NCBI GenBank assembly: GCA_964519015.1
Contig: CAZFHZ010000003.1
Span: forward strand, 13,371-77,370
Origin: an uncultured Gemmatimonadota bacterium
Lineage (GTDB): Bacteria > Blakebacterota > Blakebacteria > Blakebacterales > CAYUVJ01
Length of the DNA stretch: 64,000 nucleotides
Direction of reading: 5' to 3'
In this document: positions 58,853-64,000 of the stretch, in pieces
Numbering within the stretch: position 1 is the stretch's first letter
Layout: each line of letters starts with the position of its first letter
Made by a program: the position numbers and the translations under genes
The notes under the pieces: model-generated
What the model saw: only the letters and a program-made list of their open reading frames with translations
Database searches by the model: none
What the model was told of the DNA's origin: nothing

Positions 58853-60046
58853 ATGGTCTTGTCGCGGACCAATACGATTCATCTCTTGCTCTTGGTTGCC
58901 CCTGCTTTCTTGTCTTCTTGCGGTTTGTTGTCACCAGAAAGCGATGGGCCAGGGTCCATCGAATGGTCTCTCGAATTCCGTCACTGGGCAGGGTCTCCAT
59001 CAATAAGCACCCCTGGAACGATATATGTCCCCGCGATATCTCTATTCTCGGTTTCACGAGATGGCCAAACCCAGTGGGAGATTCATCTTGGTCGAATGGC
59101 GGATGGGAGTTCCATCGCATCAGATGGTACCATTTATGCCTGTTTCGCAGACAACGTCATCTCCGCCATCCAACCAGATGGTACTATCCTATGGACCCGT
59201 TCTGATCTGTTTCACGGCATGACGCCGGCCCAGTCTGGCCAGGGCAGTGTGTATCTAGCCGCAAGTAACGCACTAGTCGCCGTCGATTCATTTGGATCAA
59301 CGCAATGGGAGATCCATTTCGACGCATATGTAATACATTCGCCTGCCATCGACCAAAGAGGCACCATCTTCATGCCGACTAGCGCCGGATTGTATGCCAT
59401 TGATCCGGATGGTGAAATTCAATGGCAATTCACATCTCAAGGGTCCCCCTGTTCTTCACCTGCGATCGGCTTCGACAATGCCATCTATGCCGCATTTGAC
59501 GACGGTTTGCTCTACTGCCTGGAGCCCGATGGAAGTGTGCGATGGTATTTCTCCTTGGGCTATTTGGGTAGCAATGGATCACCTGTCATCGGTTATGGAG
59601 AGGTAATCTACATTTGCTCAAGGTTGAACAGGCTCTATGCAATCACATGGTGGGGTGATCTCTATTGGTTCTACGACTTGGATCCCTATCCTAAAGGCAC
59701 CCCACTCGTCGCAGCGGACAGTACACTGTTTGTCAGTGGCGAAGGGAAGATTGACGCGCTGAGCTGGACCGGGGATCTCAAATGGAGACGCAATCTCGGT
59801 GCCCCATTTTGGGCCTCCGATCCAAACATCTCCGATGACGGGATCCTCTACGTATCTTGTGATAAGACGTTGTTCGCAATTCGCACCGAAACCGGTGGTC
59901 TGGCCAACACAAGTTGGCCAAGGTGCAATGCCGATCAATCCGGATCCTGTCGAGTCAGAACAATGACATATGAAGGCGGGACGAGATCCATCTTTGATGG
60001 TGTCAGATTCCAGAAGATAGCTGTGGATAATACCGGCCTGCATTGA
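58853..60046 (+). CDS. PQQ-like beta-propeller repeat lipoprotein (BamB-like fold), in a low-GC segment
   Basis: Lipobox LSSCG. Repeated DG(T/S)IxW and AxDxxGxxxW motifs. Local GC about 50% against a window background of about 69%. Confidence 0.55.
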   Translation: MVLSRTNTIHLLLLVAPAFLSSCGLLSPESDGPGSIEWSLEFRHWAGSPSISTPGTIYVPAISLFSVSRDGQTQWEIHLGRMADGSSIASDGTIYACFADNVISAIQPDGTILWTRSDLFHGMTPAQSGQGSVYLAASNALVAVDSFGSTQWEIHFDAYVIHSPAIDQRGTIFMPTSAGLYAIDPDGEIQWQFTSQGSPCSSPAIGFDNAIYAAFDDGLLYCLEPDGSVRWYFSLGYLGSNGSPVIGYGEVIYICSRLNRLYAITWWGDLYWFYDLDPYPKGTPLVAADSTLFVSGEGKIDALSWTGDLKWRRNLGAPFWASDPNISDDGILYVSCDKTLFAIRTETGGLANTSWPRCNADQSGSCRVRTMTYEGGTRSIFDGVRFQKIAVDNTGLH

Positions 60047-60260
60047 ACTAACAGGGGTGAGTTCTTTGGCCGGTCATTACACCCCCATCACACCCCGTTC
60101 AAAGAGAATACAGCACGGGATGAGACCAACGACCCGGACCAGGGTAACGTCGGCCGGGATGGAGGTGCCCAGGGCAACGAGGTCGACCGCCACATATGAT
60201 TTTGATTAGTATTCTCCCCGATCCCGCAGGTGAGACTCATCCGGGCAGGATGGAATCAGA

Positions 60261-60818
60261 ATGGCGTCCGCGGATACGATAGGACAGGTTCCGAGCAACC
60301 GGATGGAGCGCAGGAGCGGTGGTGGCCTGCTCATAGTCTTCGGGCTGCCCTTCCTGGCTGCCGGATTGTTCATGCTGCTCACGGCCCTGCAGATAAGCGG
60401 GGTGCCGATGGATGAGGACATCTCACCTCTCTTCCTCTTCATTCTCGGTCTCCTATTCGGCGCAGTCGGTACGGGCCTGATGTTCGGGCGTTCGGGTGTC
60501 ATCATCGATCGGACCACCATGACAGCCGCGAAGTGGTGGGGGCTCATGGTGCCGATGAAGGTCACCCGTTATGACCTGGCCGGCTTCGACAGGGTCACGG
60601 TGGGGAAAGAAGTCCGGCGTGACAGCAATTCGGCCAAGTTCGTGTTCCCGGTCTGTCTGGCCGCGAGCCGGGGGGGCAAGGAGATCGAGTACGATGCCCC
60701 GACCGATTACCCGTCGGCGCGTAGTCTGAGCGAGGATCTGGCCCGTTTCCTCGGCCGCGACATCGAGGATCTGACCAGCGGTCGGACAGTCCGCCGTCGG
60801 CCCTGGGAACGCGACTAG
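60261..60818 (+). CDS. Hypothetical 2-TM membrane protein
   Basis: ORF with plausible hydrophobic helices. No family recognised. Confidence 0.35.
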   Translation: MASADTIGQVPSNRMERRSGGGLLIVFGLPFLAAGLFMLLTALQISGVPMDEDISPLFLFILGLLFGAVGTGLMFGRSGVIIDRTTMTAAKWWGLMVPMKVTRYDLAGFDRVTVGKEVRRDSNSAKFVFPVCLAASRGGKEIEYDAPTDYPSARSLSEDLARFLGRDIEDLTSGRTVRRRPWERD

Positions 60819-60962
60819 TCGCTCAGGGAAGAGATGCTCCGGATCGGAGCGCGGGTCTGCCGACTTCTCCTCACGCCGACAGGTTGTTCCTCATTACACC
60901 CCTGTCACACCCGCAGCACTTGCTCACATCTGCTCGCATTGGTCGTAAGTGGGCGCAGGACG

Positions 60963-60976
60963 GGGTGCCGCCTCCA
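60963..60976 (+). repeat. 14-bp exact direct repeat (GGGTGCCGCCTCCA) of the tRNA-Cys 3' end (58642-58655). Candidate attR-like scar
   Basis: Exact match in the same orientation 2.3 kb downstream of the tRNA. The intervening DNA has lower GC. Confidence 0.45.
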
Positions 60977-61042
60977 TCCTCATCTCTTGGACATGCCGGA
61001 TAGGACCTCGGCGGTCGTCGTTTCCCGCTCAGAACAGCGACG

Positions 61043-62224
61043 TCACAGATCACGTACCGCCTTCAGGATGTAATAGCTGAGTACCACTTCGGGGGCATTG
61101 TGGGCGTCCCCGCATTGATAGCCGCCTCCTGTGCAACCGAAGGCCACGACCACCAGGTCAAGGGTGGGGATCACGAACAGTTTCTCTCCTCCATACCCAC
61201 TGGCCATGACGATACCGTTCCGATCCGTCCTTTGTCCTGTCCGGGGCAGATCGTACATCCACCACTGGTAGCCATAACGCGTCCGGCGCTGGTCTGATGG
61301 TGTCCAGGGGTAGAAGGATGCCTCGATCCACTCCTGCGGGATGATCCTCTCTCCATTCCACATCCCGCCCTGCAGGCTTAACTGTCCCAACTTCGCCAGG
61401 TCACGCCCCCGCATGTAGAGCCCACCGTCGGAGTCGGCGAGACCATCCGCCATGTGATTCCAGGTATAGTCGTTGATCTCAAGGGGACCGAAAAGCACCG
61501 CATCGGCATAGGCATCGGCCTGGAGACCGCTCACGTTACGGACGATCGCGGAGAGAAGTGCCGAGCAGCCTCCGGAGTAGAGGAACTTCGTCCCCGGTAC
61601 GTTCACCAGCGGCTTCGTGAGGACGTAACGGGCCGCATCGTTCGCTTGAAGGAGATGGATACCATCTCGATCGCGTTCGCTTGGGTCCTTCTGGTCCCAT
61701 TCCAGGCCGGCGGTCATCGTCAGCACGTGATGAAGTGTGATGGTCTGCTTATCCGGTTCACGCTGGAAGATGTCGGCATGTTCGGGGAAGAAGTCCATCA
61801 GCGGTTGTTCGTCATCGAGGATAAGCCCTTGTTCGACGGCAGCGCCCACCAGCAATGACATCACACTCTTGGTGGCCGAGGCGAGGAAGTGTGGAGTCTC
61901 CACCCCGGTGCCGGATACGTAGTATCCCTCGAAGACGAGCGTCCCATGACGGACGATGAGCAAGGCATCAACCCCGTCGATATCCCTCTCTCTCAGTTGG
62001 TAGTCGAGGAGGGCGAGGTGATCCAGGTCGAAACCGTGATCCGTCGGGGAACCCACCGCCCACCCGTCATCGAGAAGTGCCGGGGTGGCCGGTGCTTCCA
62101 TGTCCGGCCATACGGCTTCTTGGGTGCAGGCACACACGACCATCACGAGGATGAGTGCCGCCAGCCGACCCGGAGGTGCGCTTCGGCGCAGTCGGGCTGC
62201 ACGTTTGCTGTCCAGCGAAGGCAT
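61043..62224 (-). CDS. Beta-lactamase-family serine hydrolase (secreted/lipoprotein)
   Basis: SATKS (SxxK) active-site motif. Lipobox-like CAC. Confidence 0.65.
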   Translation of the reverse strand: MPSLDSKRAARLRRSAPPGRLAALILVMVVCACTQEAVWPDMEAPATPALLDDGWAVGSPTDHGFDLDHLALLDYQLRERDIDGVDALLIVRHGTLVFEGYYVSGTGVETPHFLASATKSVMSLLVGAAVEQGLILDDEQPLMDFFPEHADIFQREPDKQTITLHHVLTMTAGLEWDQKDPSERDRDGIHLLQANDAARYVLTKPLVNVPGTKFLYSGGCSALLSAIVRNVSGLQADAYADAVLFGPLEINDYTWNHMADGLADSDGGLYMRGRDLAKLGQLSLQGGMWNGERIIPQEWIEASFYPWTPSDQRRTRYGYQWWMYDLPRTGQRTDRNGIVMASGYGGEKLFVIPTLDLVVVAFGCTGGGYQCGDAHNAPEVVLSYYILKAVRDL

Positions 62225-62226
62225 GA

Positions 62227-62882
62227 CTATTGAGATCTCCGCGACAGGAGGTACCCGAGCGATATCCGGATCGACAATCGCCGGGCAGGACCGGGAGGCA
62301 GGATATCCTTCTTGATATCCCGCAGACCCAGGCCGAGTACCAGGTCGAATTCCAACCTGCCCGTCCCGACCGGGAGACCAACCCCCAGGCCGGCAAGTAC
62401 ACCATAGTCCGAGGATCTCCAGTCGGTGCCGACCAGCGGGTCGTCCAAGCTTGTCTCGCCAACGATCGCCACACCGGTCATCCGCCCCTGCACCAGATAT
62501 CCGGCCGAGAGTCCTGCTATAAGACAGGGTGAGATCCTGGTCGGCAAACGAAGCCTGAGGACGATCGGAACATCGAGGTAATCCAGCTCGACATTGCCGG
62601 GATGGGCACTCCTGGCGTTGTATCCATACTGACCGAGTAACAGGGAAGCTTCCGCCGAGAGAAACCTGTTGAACGCGACTGCTGCACTCACACCCGCGTG
62701 AAGCCCGGGTCTGATATTCACAGCGGACGCGGAGGGGTCATCGAACAGAACAGCCGAGAGGTTCAGCCCGATCCGGGGACCGATCGAGACGGGCTGAGCC
62801 GTCGCGGTGGAGGCGCACACGACCATCAAGAATCCAGCCAAGGCAACCGGACGGAAACTTCTGTTTCGGGGAAGGCATTTCA
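62227..62882 (-). CDS. Outer-membrane beta-barrel protein (OmpW/porin-like)
   Basis: Signal peptide, alternating amphipathic strands, C-terminal aromatic-rich end. The upstream part of the 380-aa ORF is treated as non-coding. Confidence 0.45.
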
Positions 62883-63026
62883 TGCCCGTCCAGCCACTCA
62901 TTCCAGTGCCCCCCACCCCCCCAAGGAGATGAACATCGGCCCGAGGAGTTCGATCGGTCGAACATCGTTGCTCGATAGCTGGTGATACGGGGTTATCGAG
63001 GAAGAGTTCGAGAGAGGACTTGACTT

Positions 63027-63059
63027 GAACAGTGTTCGGTATTATCCTGAACAGTGTTC
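63027..63059. promoter_or_regulatory. Two copies of the palindrome GAACAgTGTTC (63027-63037, 63049-63059) overlapping a TTGACT...TATTAT promoter-like region upstream of the tetR gene. Candidate TetR operators
   Basis: Read directly: cTTGACTtGAACAGTGTTCggTATTATcctGAACAGTGTTCgg. Confidence 0.45.
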
Positions 63060-63070
63060 GGAGATGACTC

Positions 63071-63769
63071 ATGGCTAAACCAACGAACAGACCGCTCGGC
63101 ATCCGCGCGCAGCGCCGCGCCCGCAAGCAGGCCCGCATCCTGGCCGCGGCCCGCGCCCTCTTGCGCCGGCACGGACACGAGCGTCTCTCCCTGCGCCACG
63201 TCGCCCGCCGCGCCCGGATGAGCCCGGCCGGGATGTACGAGTTCTTCAAGAACCGGGAGCACCTGCTCGACACTTTGGCCACCGAGGCCAACGAGACGCT
63301 CCTCACCGCGCTCCGTGGCGCCTCCGCCGACGTGGCGGACCCGGTCGAGCGCCTGGTCAGGCTGGGCATCGCCTACATCGGTTTCGCCCAGGAGCGCCCC
63401 ACGGACTTCCAGCTCCTCTTCGGTCGGCGCTCGACGCGTCGCTCACTGGCCGAGGACATTCCCGCGGACTCCGAGTACGCGGTGATACGCACCGCTCTCG
63501 CCGACCTCGTGAGCGCAGGGAAGTCCGGTGAGACGGACCCGCGGTACCTCGAGATACTGGCTTACGGCTTCTGGTCGATGATCCACGGGATGGCTGTGCT
63601 GCAGCTCACGCACCTCTCCGATTTCGGCGCCGACTTCGCCACCGCACACCGTCTGCTGCTCGAGAGCACGGCCCGCTCGTGGCAGCGCATGGCTGGGACC
63701 AGGGTCCCTTGCTCCCCTGCCCCTGGCGGCAGTACCCCCCCTCCGGAGCCCAAGCCGGGTAGGCCCTGA
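63071..63769 (+). CDS. TetR/AcrR-family transcriptional regulator
   Basis: N-terminal TetR HTH (LSLRHVARRARMSPAGMYEFFKNREHLL). Confidence 0.8.
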   Translation: MAKPTNRPLGIRAQRRARKQARILAAARALLRRHGHERLSLRHVARRARMSPAGMYEFFKNREHLLDTLATEANETLLTALRGASADVADPVERLVRLGIAYIGFAQERPTDFQLLFGRRSTRRSLAEDIPADSEYAVIRTALADLVSAGKSGETDPRYLEILAYGFWSMIHGMAVLQLTHLSDFGADFATAHRLLLESTARSWQRMAGTRVPCSPAPGGSTPPPEPKPGRP

Positions 63770-63854
63770 GGCCGAGTCGACAGTAGCTGAGCGACTCGGA
63801 CCGGAGTTGCCGACCGCACAAGTACACTGCGCTGTTACAGGAGACCGATGACCA

Positions 63855-64000
63855 TGGACTTCATCACGAAGATTCGCGAAGGGATCACCCGCCCTCGAGT
63901 GGCCATCTACTTGAAGGTCGTGGCTGTCTTCACGCTTCTGGGTGCCCTATCCCATCTCTCCAGCATCATGGGCTTCATCGGGGGTCCCTGGGTGGACAAG
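63855..64000 (+). CDS. Hypothetical membrane protein, 5' partial at the window end
   Basis: ATG-initiated hydrophobic N-terminus. Truncated. Confidence 0.25.

Overview
High-GC (about 68-70%) bacterial chromosomal segment, densely coded and mostly on the minus strand. Because of the GC content nearly every frame is open, so many long antisense ORFs in the track are spurious; my calls rest on recognisable protein families, RBS/start context and gene-to-gene coupling. Main content: (i) a minus-strand supercluster (1..8971) with a MarR regulator, a four-subunit 2-oxoacid:ferredoxin oxidoreductase (korD-A-B-C) and, right after it, a heterodisulfide-reductase-like module (giant fused HdrA, MvhD, HdrD-like CCG/Fe-S protein, start of another HdrA-like gene). 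The giant HdrA carries an in-frame TGA at a normally-Cys position, followed by a SECIS-like hairpin (candidate selenoprotein); selA is also in the window. (ii) a second OFOR set (korD-A-B on the minus strand, a gamma subunit on the plus strand next to a roughly 1000-aa GlnE/GlnD-like tandem nucleotidyltransferase). (iii) an oxidative protein-repair cluster (msrPQ plus two thiol-disulfide oxidoreductases). (iv) housekeeping genes: apt, acyP, rhaA, surE-pcm, der-plsY-gpsA, miaA-mutL, hutH, smc, selA. (v) a mannosyl/glucosyl-3-phosphoglycerate synthase and phosphatase pair between two tRNA-Pro genes. (vi) five tRNAs: Pro-CGG, Pro-GGG, Gly-CCC, Gly-GCC, Cys-GCA. (vii) an anomalous homopolymer G/C/A tract (35447..35590), probably an assembly or poly-G read artifact. 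(viii) a lower-GC segment downstream of tRNA-Cys (58656 to about 63050) with a 14-bp direct repeat of the tRNA 3' end, which looks like a remnant genomic islet. No CRISPR array, integrase or transposase was seen. The most interesting candidate 'system' is the co-transcribed KOR / selenocysteine-HdrA / MvhD / HdrD cluster, a possible 2-oxoacid-linked flavin-based electron-bifurcating complex.
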